From Sumerlaeia bacterium (GTDB taxonomy: Bacteria; Sumerlaeota; Sumerlaeia; SLMS01; JAHLLQ01): 64,000 bases of DNA. The stretch lies in contig JAVJSW010000037.1 of NCBI GenBank assembly GCA_040219255.1, positions 160,001 to 224,000 of the forward strand, given 5' to 3'. Below the pieces are notes generated by a model. That model worked only from the letters and a program-made list of their open reading frames with translations. It was not told the DNA's origin and did no database searches. This document shows, one piece after another, positions 28,758 through 41,126 of this stretch; the stretch's first letter is position 1; every line of letters begins with the position of its first letter. Made by a program: the position numbers and the translations under genes.

Positions 28758-29867
28758 CTAAAGGGATTTTTGCGGCCCTCTGGAAATCGCTTCCCGCGCC
28801 GCCTCGGTCACTTGGAGCGGCTCGAGCGTCCGCAGGCAACGCAGGTTCTCCTCCGCCGCCAGGGGGCAAACCGTCTTCCAGCACGGGACGCAGGGAAGGT
28901 GCTCTTGCTGGATTATGGGCCCCGCCGCCACCGGCCAGGGCCGGTTGCGATGGCCGTCCGACGCGCCGAAGATCGAAACCACCGGCACCCCTAGCAACCC
29001 CGCCAGGTGGGTCGGCCCGGTGTCGCCGCCGAGGAACAGCCCGCAGATGGAAATCAGCACCGCCAGCTCGCGGACGCTTGTGCGGGGCGCCACGATGGGC
29101 GCGATCTCCAGCGCCCTCAAGCGCTCCGCCACAGCGTCTCGCAAGGCTTCCTCGCCCGGGCCCCACAGAATCACCGGAGCGAACGCGCCGCCCTCGCAGA
29201 TCGGCGCGGCGGCCTCGGCGAAGTTCTCCGGTGGCCAGCGCTTGCTCGACCACCCGGCTCCCGGATTCAGCGCCAGCAGCGGCGTCGCGCCGTCCCAGCC
29301 CTCGGCTTTCAGCTTCTCGCCGATGGCGCGCCGCTCTTCATCCAGAATGCCGAGCCGTCCCGCCGCCGCCATGTCGGGTTCGATGCCCAGCCCGCGCAGC
29401 AGCGACAGGTTGCGCTCGACCACATGGCGGGCCGATGCGGGCGGGGAGACTTTTCGATTCGTGAAGAGTTTGTTGATTTCGCGGCCGTCCTTGTCGCCAT
29501 AGCCGACGCGGACGCGGGCGCCGCTGGCCCAGGCCACCAGCCCGGACTTCGACAGGCCCTGCAAATCCACCGCCGCGTCCCAGCCGTCGGCCTTCACGGT
29601 GCGGAAGTAGGGCTGGATTTCGGATCGGAAGAGTCTGCGGAAGTCCTTCTTCCAACGCTTCTTTGGGATCACGTAAACCTTGTCCAGGTCCGGGTGGTGC
29701 TGGAGCAGGGGGGCGCTCAGTTCTTCCACGATCCAGCCAAGTCGCGCCTCAGGCAGGGCTTTCCGCAGCGCGGCGAGCACCGGCAGCGCATGGATCACAT
29801 CGCCGATGGCCGAGAGACGGACAATCAGGACAGAGCGCAGGGTCTTGGGATCGATGGGTTTGGGCAC
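28758..29867 (-). CDS. waaC: GT9 LPS heptosyltransferase (WaaC-like)
   Basis: RLSAIGDV, DLQGLSKS, HVVERNL, KRWP, GGDTGPTHLA. Confidence 0.8.
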   Translation of the reverse strand: MPKPIDPKTLRSVLIVRLSAIGDVIHALPVLAALRKALPEARLGWIVEELSAPLLQHHPDLDKVYVIPKKRWKKDFRRLFRSEIQPYFRTVKADGWDAAVDLQGLSKSGLVAWASGARVRVGYGDKDGREINKLFTNRKVSPPASARHVVERNLSLLRGLGIEPDMAAAGRLGILDEERRAIGEKLKAEGWDGATPLLALNPGAGWSSKRWPPENFAEAAAPICEGGAFAPVILWGPGEEALRDAVAERLRALEIAPIVAPRTSVRELAVLISICGLFLGGDTGPTHLAGLLGVPVVSIFGASDGHRNRPWPVAAGPIIQQEHLPCVPCWKTVCPLAAEENLRCLRTLEPLQVTEAAREAISRGPQKSL

Positions 29868-29879
29868 GGACAGGGCCTT

Positions 29880-30752
29880 CTAGGGAGCGAGAAATTGAGC
29901 CCGCGAGAGGCAAGAGTAGAGATCGAAGGCGGCGGCTTCCGATTCGACCCAGACGCGCTTTTCCGCGAGACGGGGCGAGCCGAGCGGACTCCGCGATGCG
30001 ACCTCCAACGACTCGCGCAGGAGCGCGCGAGAATCCGTCAGCGGCTGGCTCGCCTGTCCGAAGCGATCGTAAACGCTCAAGTGAGGATAGAGCCGGCGGA
30101 TCAGCCGAAGCAAGCGCCCAAAATCCTTCGGTCCGTCTTCTTCGACTTGCAGCGGGATGTGGCTCAGATCGCAGGAATCGCCCCGCAACCGGAACACGAC
30201 CCGCTCGCCCAGGAGGGAGAAATCCATCAGCCACTCGGTAGTCGCCGCCTGCGTTTCGCGCGTGACGTGCATGCCGCCGCCGAGGCTCTCTGGAGTCCGG
30301 CGTTCGGCCACTTCCCGAGCCGAGACGGCTCCAGCCACGAGGCAGAGAAACCCATCCGCCTCGATGCGCACTGGCTGGCGGTCCTTGGCTTTGAGCACCA
30401 ACGTGTTGTGATGCAACTCCAGGGAATCCAGCGGATGGGGCGAGAATCCGAGCAACTCCTCCGCCTCGATCAGGAACAGCGGCGCGGATACCAACCGGCC
30501 CCAGGCCACCCAGCGCTGGGCTTCGCGGCGGTCGCCGAACCGGAAGAGCAGCCGGGGCGCCGGAGCCATGAGGCGCTGCCGGGCTTCGAAGGGATCGAGG
30601 GCGAAGCCTTTGGCGTAGGCGGCGACGTGCTCTTCCCTCGGCGGATGGAGCAGAACGCCCTGCGCCACGAACCACTCGCGGTCGCTCCGGCCGGTGGCGG
30701 GAACGGTTACGGGCCGGAGTGCCCGGGCGGCGTCATCGAGGGGATCGGTCAT
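29880..30752 (-). CDS. Hypothetical protein
   Basis: ORF fills the gap in a co-directional run; no motif recognised. Confidence 0.6.
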   Translation of the reverse strand: MTDPLDDAARALRPVTVPATGRSDREWFVAQGVLLHPPREEHVAAYAKGFALDPFEARQRLMAPAPRLLFRFGDRREAQRWVAWGRLVSAPLFLIEAEELLGFSPHPLDSLELHHNTLVLKAKDRQPVRIEADGFLCLVAGAVSAREVAERRTPESLGGGMHVTRETQAATTEWLMDFSLLGERVVFRLRGDSCDLSHIPLQVEEDGPKDFGRLLRLIRRLYPHLSVYDRFGQASQPLTDSRALLRESLEVASRSPLGSPRLAEKRVWVESEAAAFDLYSCLSRAQFLAP

Positions 30753-30776
30753 GCGGGGCGGGCGGCGCGTTGGCGC

Positions 30777-31691
30777 TCACTTCTGCGGCAGCGTCATCAC
30801 GTGCATCGTCTCGAACTGGCCGCCGATGCTACAGTTATTCACCAGCGTTCCCGTCAAATCGTAACCCGCCTTGTGGAAAATGCGCATGATGCCGACCTGG
30901 GTGGCGCGGGCGATGGTGTAGTAGCAGCGCGTGCCGAACTTCTCGGCGGCATCGCGCTCCAACGTCCGCAGCAGCCAATAGGCCAGGCCCTTGCCGCGTT
31001 CGCTGGGCAGCACGGCGAAATCTGTCATTTCGCTGTTATGAAGCTCCGGCGACGTTTCCGCCGACGCCGCGCCGACCAGCTTGCCGTCGCCGTTGCGGAT
31101 CAGGCGGTAGATGATGTGGCTCTTGGCGGTTTCCCTAAGGTATTCCGGATCGTCGATGGGAAAGGGGTAGGTGGCGAAGACGGTGCCGTAGAGGACGGCG
31201 AGGTCTTCCGCGTCGGCATCGGTGAAGAGGCTGGTCGTGTAGTCGGCGGGCAGGGGCTTCGGTTCGCCGCCGCGTCCGCCGGTGCGGGCCGTGTCGAGGA
31301 GGGCGCGCTGCTCCGCCTCGTGTTGCCATTGGCAGCGGAAATCGGTGAGGAATTGGGCCAGGATGTGCGCGTCTTCCTCGCCATGGAAGAACCCGGGGAT
31401 GGTGGCTTCCTTGACGAAGCCGTTGGCGAGGAACGGTTCGGCCTCGCTGGCGCGGGCTTTGACCCAGATCTTGCCGTACTCGTTGCGCGCAGCCACCTGC
31501 TTGAGGGCGGCAAGCAACGCCGCAACGTCTGGTCCGGCGTAATCGAGCAGCTGGATGCGCCGGTTGATAGGGCTCAGGATCATCTCGGCGCGAAAGGCAC
31601 CGGGCCGTTCCAGGGGGACTGTCACACCGTAGACGCTGGCGGCGGAGTCGGTGGTCCCGTCGGGCAGGACGACAGAAGCGGTCTGGGTCAT
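30777..31691 (-). CDS. Putative beta-lysine N-acetyltransferase (AblB/YodP family GNAT)
   Basis: YGKIWVK, EATIPGFF, VFATYPFPI, NSEMTDFA, YTIARA, GTLVNN..IGGQFETM. Confidence 0.8.
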   Translation of the reverse strand: MTQTASVVLPDGTTDSAASVYGVTVPLERPGAFRAEMILSPINRRIQLLDYAGPDVAALLAALKQVAARNEYGKIWVKARASEAEPFLANGFVKEATIPGFFHGEEDAHILAQFLTDFRCQWQHEAEQRALLDTARTGGRGGEPKPLPADYTTSLFTDADAEDLAVLYGTVFATYPFPIDDPEYLRETAKSHIIYRLIRNGDGKLVGAASAETSPELHNSEMTDFAVLPSERGKGLAYWLLRTLERDAAEKFGTRCYYTIARATQVGIMRIFHKAGYDLTGTLVNNCSIGGQFETMHVMTLPQK

Positions 31692-31816
31692 TGGGGGCGG
31701 GGCCTTTCGAAAGGGTTCTGGCGGGTCCGTGTTTTCCTTGATCCGATGGCGGACCCGGGGTGAGATTGCTACCGGAAGCCAGCAGGACCATCCCCCTCCA
31801 TCGAATCGAGCGAACT

Positions 31817-32944
31817 ATGTGGCGAATACTGATCGTGGACGATGAAGACGACGTTCGGATGATTATCCGCACGACGCTTCAAGGCGAGTACGAATGCCTG
31901 GAAGCCCACGATGGCCTCGATGCGCTCGAGAAGCTCGCGCGCTATGAGCCCGATTTCGTGCTGATGGACGTGATGATGCCCCTGTTGGACGGCTTCGAGG
32001 CTTGTCACGCCATCCGCAAAAATCCCAAGTACACCCACCTGCCGGTGATGTTCCTCACCGCGCTCGGCAGCCGCGACGACATGAAGAAGGGCTATGGCGC
32101 CGGAGCCAACCTTTATCTGACCAAACCGTTCGAGCCTTCGCGCCTGAAGAAAAACATCGACGTCTTTTTTCAGACCACCCCGCCCCAGAAGCGCCTCAAG
32201 CGCTACACCCTGAAGCAAATCCAGGAATTCGAGAAAAACAAGACGGCCGGCGAAGCCCCCGGCGCCGAGGCCTTCGAGGAACAGCGCGATTCCCCCGTAC
32301 CGCGCGCCGCCGCGCCCGAATCGCCCGCCCCGCCGGCCCGGGCCCTGCCCCGCGCCATGGTGGTGGACGATGACCCGGATATCCTGGAACTGATCGGGCA
32401 CTGCCTGGCCGGCGTGGCCGAAGTCGTCACCGCCAGCGATGGTCTGCAGGCCATCGAAAATCTGGTGAAGTACCAGCCCGACCTTCTGATCATCGACATC
32501 ATGCTGCCGAAAATGAGCGGCTTCCAGCTCTGCCAGTCCCTGAGGCAGAACCGCAGTTTCGCCCGCCTGCCGATCATCATTTGCTCGGCCAAGAGCGCCG
32601 AACGCGACATGCGCATGGCCCAGCGCATGGGGGCCAACGCCTACCTCGCCAAGCCCTTCGCCCCGGAGGAACTGACCCGCAAAGTTCGCGCGGTTCAGGA
32701 GCTTCCCGATTTCCGCATCCGTCCCAAGACCTATACCATCGAACGCATCAACCAGATGGAGGGCAAAGACCAGGACGCCTTTGCCATGGATGACGAGGTC
32801 AAATCGATCGATCAGAGCAAGCGCGAGATCGATCAGTTCCTGAAGAAGGAAGGCAGCAAGAAGGGCACCGAGCGCGACGAACCCGAATCGCCGCCGGATG
32901 AGCCGAGCCGCAAGCGGCGCCTCTTCGGTTTCGGCAAGAAGTGA
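31817..32944 (+). CDS. Response regulator with two receiver domains and no output domain
   Basis: Two REC units (VDDE..MDVMMP..TKPF; VDDD..IDIMLP..AKPF). Confidence 0.88.
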   Translation: MWRILIVDDEDDVRMIIRTTLQGEYECLEAHDGLDALEKLARYEPDFVLMDVMMPLLDGFEACHAIRKNPKYTHLPVMFLTALGSRDDMKKGYGAGANLYLTKPFEPSRLKKNIDVFFQTTPPQKRLKRYTLKQIQEFEKNKTAGEAPGAEAFEEQRDSPVPRAAAPESPAPPARALPRAMVVDDDPDILELIGHCLAGVAEVVTASDGLQAIENLVKYQPDLLIIDIMLPKMSGFQLCQSLRQNRSFARLPIIICSAKSAERDMRMAQRMGANAYLAKPFAPEELTRKVRAVQELPDFRIRPKTYTIERINQMEGKDQDAFAMDDEVKSIDQSKREIDQFLKKEGSKKGTERDEPESPPDEPSRKRRLFGFGKK

Positions 32945-33774
32945 CCGCGGCTCCGCGCCCGCCGCTCGCCACGCGCCTGGGCGATGGCGGCCGCGCGGTG
33001 CTCGATTGGTTTTTTCCGCCCGTCTGCGCGTGCTGCCATTTTCCGGTTCGCGCGCCCGATGGCCCGGGCCTGACGGACATTCTCTGCCGAGCCTGCCGCC
33101 GCGATATCCGCGTTGTCGAGGCTCCCCCCTGCGGCCAGTGCCAGCTCGGCGCCGATGCCTCCCTGCCGGAATGCGAGCGCTGCAAAGCCCTGCCCGCCAG
33201 CTTCGACAGCGCCACCAGCGCTTTTCCCTACGCCGGGGTCGTGGGCCAGATCATCCGCAACATGAAGTACCGACACGGCCCGCATCTCGCTTCGCCGCTG
33301 GCGCGGCTGACGGTCGCGGCGAACGGATCGGCGATCCAAAGGCTCCTCGGCGAGGAACGGGCCGAAGCCATCGTCCCCGTTCCCATGGCGCCCCTCCGGC
33401 GGCTGCGGCGCGGTTTCAATCAGGCGGAAGTCCTCGCCGCGGAATTGGGCGCGATCCTGCATTTGCCAGTGCTGGCCGACGCCATGACGCGCCAGCGCAC
33501 ACCGCCCCAGGCCCGCAAGTCCGGCCCGGAAGCCCGCCTCGCCAACGTCTCGGGCGCCTTTCGCGTGATCGATCCGATGGCGGTGGCGGAAAAACGGCTG
33601 ATCCTTCTGGATGACGTGATGACTACGGGAGCGACGGCCGCGTGCTGCGCCGGGGCGTTGAAGGACGCAGGCGCCGAAGCCGTCCACATCCTGACCGTCA
33701 CCCGCGCCGGAGCGGGCGCCCTCACCCGGCTGCCGGACCCGCAGATGACGTTGCGGGATGAGCGCATGTCCTGA
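32941..33774 (+). CDS. comF: ComF family protein (double zinc ribbon + PRTase)
   Basis: CxxC repeats, VPVP, RRGFNQAE, LLDDVMTTGAT. Confidence 0.88.
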   Translation: MTAAPRPPLATRLGDGGRAVLDWFFPPVCACCHFPVRAPDGPGLTDILCRACRRDIRVVEAPPCGQCQLGADASLPECERCKALPASFDSATSAFPYAGVVGQIIRNMKYRHGPHLASPLARLTVAANGSAIQRLLGEERAEAIVPVPMAPLRRLRRGFNQAEVLAAELGAILHLPVLADAMTRQRTPPQARKSGPEARLANVSGAFRVIDPMAVAEKRLILLDDVMTTGATAACCAGALKDAGAEAVHILTVTRAGAGALTRLPDPQMTLRDERMS

Positions 33775-33804
33775 TATCCTGTGGCTGCTTGAGTAGAATG
33801 AAAT

Positions 33805-33984
33805 ATCACCACCGAGCCACAGAGGACACAGAGCTCTATCTTTCCGGAACTTCTCGATCAGCCACGGAAATGTTTGCTATGATTTGATTCGTTGCCCATA
33901 CTATTCAGTGGCTCAAGCCTCAGAACAAGAGAAGGACGCCCCCCAATACTCTACCCTCGGTGTCCTCTGTGGCTCGGTGGTGAT
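33805..33984. repeat. 29-bp inverted repeat pair enclosing about 120 bp (REP/MITE-like)
   Basis: ATCACCACCGAGCCACAGAGGACACAGAG (33805-33833) matches the reverse complement of 33956-33984 with one mismatch. Confidence 0.85.
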
Positions 33985-34008
33985 TTTAATAAGTCATCTG
34001 TACTTGCT

Positions 34009-35499
34009 CTATTCTTCGACCGTTGGCCGCACCACCGCCTTCGTCGCCTCGTACAACTCCTCGTATTTGCTGACCGTGCCGCGCCAGGAGAAGTCCTGGC
34101 GCATGGCGTTTTCGCGCAGTTTGAGCCAGGTTTTTTCCGGGCCGCGATAGCGCTGCAGCGCTTCGTCGCAGGCGAGGGCGAGGGCTTGCTCGTGATAGCG
34201 CTCGAACAGAAAGCCAGTGCCCGAGCCATCGGCGATGGTTTCGTCGTCGGCGTGGACGACCGAGTCCGCCAGGCCGCCCGTGGCGCGCACGATGGGAATC
34301 GTGCCGTAGCGCATGGCGTAGAGTTGCGTCAGGCCACTGGGCTCGTAGCGCGAGGGGACCATGAAAAAGTCCGATCCTGCCTGGATCAGATGGGCCAGCT
34401 CTTCGTTGTAGGTGATCTTTGCACTGAAACGGTCCGGATATTTCTCCTGGGCCTTGCGGAAGAAGTCTTCGATTTCTGCGTCGCCGGTGCCTAGCAGCAC
34501 CACGCGGAAGCCCATCGTCATCAGCGCCGGGAGGGCCTTCGCCACGATGTCGAAGCCCTTGGCCGTGACCAGCCGCGAAACCATGCCGATGATCGGTTTG
34601 CCGTCGTCTTCCATGTTGAAGGCTTCCAGGAGCGCCTGGCGGCTTTCTTCTTTGCCCTGAATGTCCTCGGCGGTATAGGGAACTGGCAAGAGCGGGTCGG
34701 TGGCCGGATTCCAGACCGTGTCGTCGATGCCGTTGAGGATGCCGTGCAGGTCGGCGGCGCGCTCCTGCAAGACGCCTTGCATGCCGGAGCCGTACTCTTC
34801 GGTCTGGATTTCCTTGGCGTAAGTGGGCGAGACGGTGCTGATTTTATCGGCGAAGACGAGCCCGCATTTGAGCGTGCTGACTTTGCCGTAGTATTCCGCC
34901 CCGTGGTCGCTGAACAGGGTTCCGGGCAACCCGGTCTTGAACAGGACGTCGGGCGTGAAGAGGCCCTGGTAGGCGAGGTTGTGAATGGTGAACAGGGTTC
35001 GGATGGATTGATAAAATTCCATCTGGGCCATCAACGGATGATGCTTGATCAGGGGCGCGATGAGGCCCGACTGCCAGTCGTTCAAGTGAATGACGTCCGG
35101 CTTCCAATCCAGGCCCTTTAGGGTCCAAAGACTGGCGACACAGAAGAAAGCGAAGCGCTCGCCGTTGTCCGGATAGTCGCGGTTGTTCTCGCCGTAGAGG
35201 CCCGGGCGGTCGAAGAACTCGTCCTGGTGGACGAAATAGACGGGGACTTCGACGTCGCAGGGATAGCTGCATCGCATCACCGAGCCGATAAAGCGGCGCC
35301 CGCCGTACTCGACCACCATTTCGGGCAGCAGGGGCAAGAGGCGCCACCTCCACTGATCGATGGATTGGTAGAGGGGGATGATGAGGCGGACGTCATGGCC
35401 CGCTTCGGCCAGGGCCTGGGGCAGCGCGCCCGCCACATCGGCCAGACCGCCGGTCTTGGCGAAGGGGCTGGCTTCGGAGGCGACAAAGAGAATACGCAC
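34009..35499 (-). CDS. glgA: Glycogen synthase
   Basis: KTGGLADV, HLNDWQ, TIHNLAYQG, PSRYEPSGLTQL. Confidence 0.96.
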   Translation of the reverse strand: MRILFVASEASPFAKTGGLADVAGALPQALAEAGHDVRLIIPLYQSIDQWRWRLLPLLPEMVVEYGGRRFIGSVMRCSYPCDVEVPVYFVHQDEFFDRPGLYGENNRDYPDNGERFAFFCVASLWTLKGLDWKPDVIHLNDWQSGLIAPLIKHHPLMAQMEFYQSIRTLFTIHNLAYQGLFTPDVLFKTGLPGTLFSDHGAEYYGKVSTLKCGLVFADKISTVSPTYAKEIQTEEYGSGMQGVLQERAADLHGILNGIDDTVWNPATDPLLPVPYTAEDIQGKEESRQALLEAFNMEDDGKPIIGMVSRLVTAKGFDIVAKALPALMTMGFRVVLLGTGDAEIEDFFRKAQEKYPDRFSAKITYNEELAHLIQAGSDFFMVPSRYEPSGLTQLYAMRYGTIPIVRATGGLADSVVHADDETIADGSGTGFLFERYHEQALALACDEALQRYRGPEKTWLKLRENAMRQDFSWRGTVSKYEELYEATKAVVRPTVEE

Positions 35500-35514
35500 G
35501 AGTTTAGGGAATCC

Positions 35515-36276
35515 TTAGCAAGAGCAGTCGGGGCGGGAGCCCAGGTGAACCATCGCAAAAGCCATGGCGGCCATCGCCGCCGTCTCCGCCCTCAGAATCG
35601 CCGGCCCCAAATTCACGGCCAGCGCCTCCTCCTCCAGCAGTCGCGCTTCGTCGTCTGTCCAGCCGCCTTCCGGTCCCACAAAGAAGATACAGGAACGGCC
35701 CGCCAGCGAATCCGGCAATCGCTCCATGGATAGCGTCTGCGCCGAACGCTCCAAGAGGGCAACCGGGATCAGTCCCAGCCGCTTGCAATTTTCCAACATT
35801 GTCTTGACGGGCGCGGGGGGCACGATTTCGGGCAGCCAGAGCCGCTCGCATTGCTTCAGGCTCTCGCGCGCCAGGCCCTGCCAGCGCCCCAGCCGCGCCG
35901 GGAGCTTCTTCTCCGGAATCGAAACAACGCTCCGCTCCGCTTCCACCGGCCAGAAGTACGAGGCGCCCAGCTCGATCGAGCGCGGGATCAGTTCCTCGAA
36001 CACCCCCATCGGCAGCAGCGACGGTGCGAGTCCGAAGCGAACGGCCGGCGGGGCTTCCGTCACGCCGTTGCCGGGCAGTTCCACCACTGCCTCTCTCTTC
36101 TCCACGCGGGCGAGAACTCCTTTGCGCAGCGCGCCCCGCCCGTTGACGACCGCGACCGGTTGGCCTTCGGCGGCGCGGCGCACACGGGTCAGGTGATGGC
36201 TTTCTTCCTCATTGAGAGTGATCGTCGCGGCGCCGTCCGGCAGCGGGCCGTCGTAAAAAACGCGGTAGGTGCGCAT
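35515..36276 (-). CDS. rsmE: 16S rRNA m3U1498 methyltransferase
   Basis: HHLTRVRR, ELGA, KQCER, VGPEGGW, LGPAILRAETA; start MRTYR at 36276. Confidence 0.92.
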   Translation of the reverse strand: MRTYRVFYDGPLPDGAATITLNEEESHHLTRVRRAAEGQPVAVVNGRGALRKGVLARVEKREAVVELPGNGVTEAPPAVRFGLAPSLLPMGVFEELIPRSIELGASYFWPVEAERSVVSIPEKKLPARLGRWQGLARESLKQCERLWLPEIVPPAPVKTMLENCKRLGLIPVALLERSAQTLSMERLPDSLAGRSCIFFVGPEGGWTDDEARLLEEEALAVNLGPAILRAETAAMAAMAFAMVHLGSRPDCSC

Positions 36277-36281
36277 AGGGC

Positions 36282-37205
36282 TCAGGTCAATTCGAGGTCG
36301 TACCAGGCGGTGATTTTCCGTCCCCACTTGGCGGAGGCGGCCTCGGCGGCGGCGAGGCCGGTCCCGGCTTCGCGCCCCAAAAACAAGGCGCACAGGTTCG
36401 AGGGCCAGGTGGAGAGGCTTTGGCGCAGGCACACATCACCGACGCCCGCGCACCGGGCCAGGGCGGCGGCGGCCTTCGGCGCGTCCTCGGCGGTCAGGGT
36501 CCAGCAGGCCAACCCCGTCCCCCGCCAGCCCAGCCGCGCCAGCACCGGCCGCAGAGCCAGGCGCCGGGCGCGCTTCGCCACGATGTTTTCCATCACGCCC
36601 CGGCGCGCGCGGTCCGGCGACAGGTCCGTTCGCGCCGCCACCGCCGCCCACGGGTCCTCGCCCGCAGGCAGCGCCAAAGGGGCTGCCAGCTCCTTCCAGA
36701 TCGCTTGGTGGTCTTCGGTGAAATCGGGATCTTCCGGCGGCTGGCCCTCGACGCTCATCGAGCGATCCTGGGCCGCCGCCAGCAGATTCTCCCCCTCAGG
36801 CAGCGTCAGGTCCGGCAGGAAGCCCGCCTTGAACCATTGCACCGACCGGACTTCGGTGCCGTCGAAGCCTTGCGCCTCTTCCGGTTCCGAGAGCCACAGG
36901 CGCGATGCCAAGTGCCTGCCGCCGCTCGCTCCCCGCCATCGCAGCGCCCCGTCGGGAGGTGGGGGAGCGGCGGAAGCTGCCAGACGTTCCAGACAAAACG
37001 GATAAACCGGATTGGGTTCGAGCCAAAGCCCATCGATCAGGCCTTCGTCGAGGAGCACCGAGTAGGCCGCTTCCAGTTCGCCCCGCGACAGACCGAGCCC
37101 CTCGGCCAAATCGTCCCATGGCGAATCGGTTACCGGAAACGCCACCTGGGCCGACCGCAAAAGCCTGAGGCAATGGGGGTTGTCTGTCAGCAGGGGGTGG
37201 ATCAT
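36282..37205 (-). CDS. Degenerate Lrp/AsnC-like protein of the AhbAB/NirDL siroheme decarboxylase type
   Basis: Q..FPV...PW..LAE.LG helix-turn-helix, second DPWAAVA repeat, WP.NL; start MIHP. Confidence 0.55.
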   Translation of the reverse strand: MIHPLLTDNPHCLRLLRSAQVAFPVTDSPWDDLAEGLGLSRGELEAAYSVLLDEGLIDGLWLEPNPVYPFCLERLAASAAPPPPDGALRWRGASGGRHLASRLWLSEPEEAQGFDGTEVRSVQWFKAGFLPDLTLPEGENLLAAAQDRSMSVEGQPPEDPDFTEDHQAIWKELAAPLALPAGEDPWAAVAARTDLSPDRARRGVMENIVAKRARRLALRPVLARLGWRGTGLACWTLTAEDAPKAAAALARCAGVGDVCLRQSLSTWPSNLCALFLGREAGTGLAAAEAASAKWGRKITAWYDLELT

Positions 37206-37714
37206 CAGAGCTTGGTGCCTTCCGCATATCCCTTGGCGAGACCATGGCCGAAGTAGCAATACAATTCCCCTCGCCCGGGCACTGGGTCGTCGGTGGGGAA
37301 ACGGATGCCCAGGCAGGCGGCTTTGTGGACTTTCAGGTCCGAGGCGTCGCCGGTCAGGGCCTCCATGGCCATCTGGCCCAGGAGGGGCTGATGGCCGACA
37401 GCGATGACGACCGGGTCTTCGACTTTGACGCGGCGGTTGCGGATTTCGCTGAGCAGCGCCCGCAGCGAGCCATCGAAATCGAGCGCGTCGGTGATGGCGA
37501 TTTCGGCCCGCTGGTTCAGAAGATCGGGGATGATTTCGGCGGTTTGCAGGGCCCGCTTGCGGGGGCTGGAGAAGAGCAGGTGGGGCGCCAACTGAAAGCG
37601 CGACAGCAGGCGCACGATGCTGCTGGCGCGGTCGCGTCCGTCCTGAGTCAAGGCGCGGTCCGCATCCGGTTCGCCGTCCTCAGCGATTCCGTGGCGCATC
37701 AGAATTAAGATCAT
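37205..37714 (-). CDS. sixA: Phosphohistidine phosphatase SixA
   Basis: LMRHG, R.LT..G, SSP..RA.QTA, VGHQP; start MILIL. Confidence 0.88.
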   Translation of the reverse strand: MILILMRHGIAEDGEPDADRALTQDGRDRASSIVRLLSRFQLAPHLLFSSPRKRALQTAEIIPDLLNQRAEIAITDALDFDGSLRALLSEIRNRRVKVEDPVVIAVGHQPLLGQMAMEALTGDASDLKVHKAACLGIRFPTDDPVPGRGELYCYFGHGLAKGYAEGTKL

Positions 37715-37782
37715 AGCGGGGATTTCCTTTCGAGATCGGTTGTTGCCATGTGAAACACCGACCATGCCAGGAGGGTCGGAAA

Positions 37783-37820
37783 CAAGAAAAGCCCCCCTCG
37801 TCTCGGGAGACGAGGGGGGC
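37783..37820 (-). terminator. Intrinsic terminator of ppdK
   Basis: GCCCCCCTCGTCTC/GAGACGAGGGGGGC stem followed by a T-tract on the minus strand. Confidence 0.88.
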
Positions 37821-37849
37821 ACTGTTACGGGGTCTGCCGGAGCCGGAGC

Positions 37850-40675
<2,826 letters not shown>

Positions 40676-41126
40676 TCGTTCCTCCTGGTCGAATACTGTG
40701 CCGGAACCCGGCAGAGATGATGGAATCGGCCCGCTTCATCACACTTTTTCACAAGTGAAGCGGACCGCTGTGTGCCAAAATTTGATGACTGCGCAAAAGG
40801 AATGCACCGCTTTGCGAGCGCATTCAAGGCCCATGCGCAAAGCGCTAGACTGTGCAACGGCGGGCCCGCGCGACGTCAACCCTTCTTGGAAGGGATGACA
40901 CTTCTCTAACGGATTTGGAGCGGAAAGAATTTTATCGCCCTTCCGCCTCCGCGCTCGCAAGTCCTCTTTGGCGCGCCCTTTCCGATTGCGGAGCATCGCC
41001 GACCCGCGCGAAGTGGAACACTGGCTGGCACAGGACTTTCTTTCACCCTGGGCATGTCCCCGGGGGAGAGGCTTTCCGATTCCCGAACACCCGGCCGAAA
41101 CGGTAACTCGATAAGGTTCCTCATTC

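Noticed and set aside
41026-41040. sigma54-like TGGCACAGGACTTTC before the kinase, and CGGAACGGCATCTGC (63272-63286) before actA
   Set aside because: Partial consensus matches without the supporting upstream motif; plausible by chance
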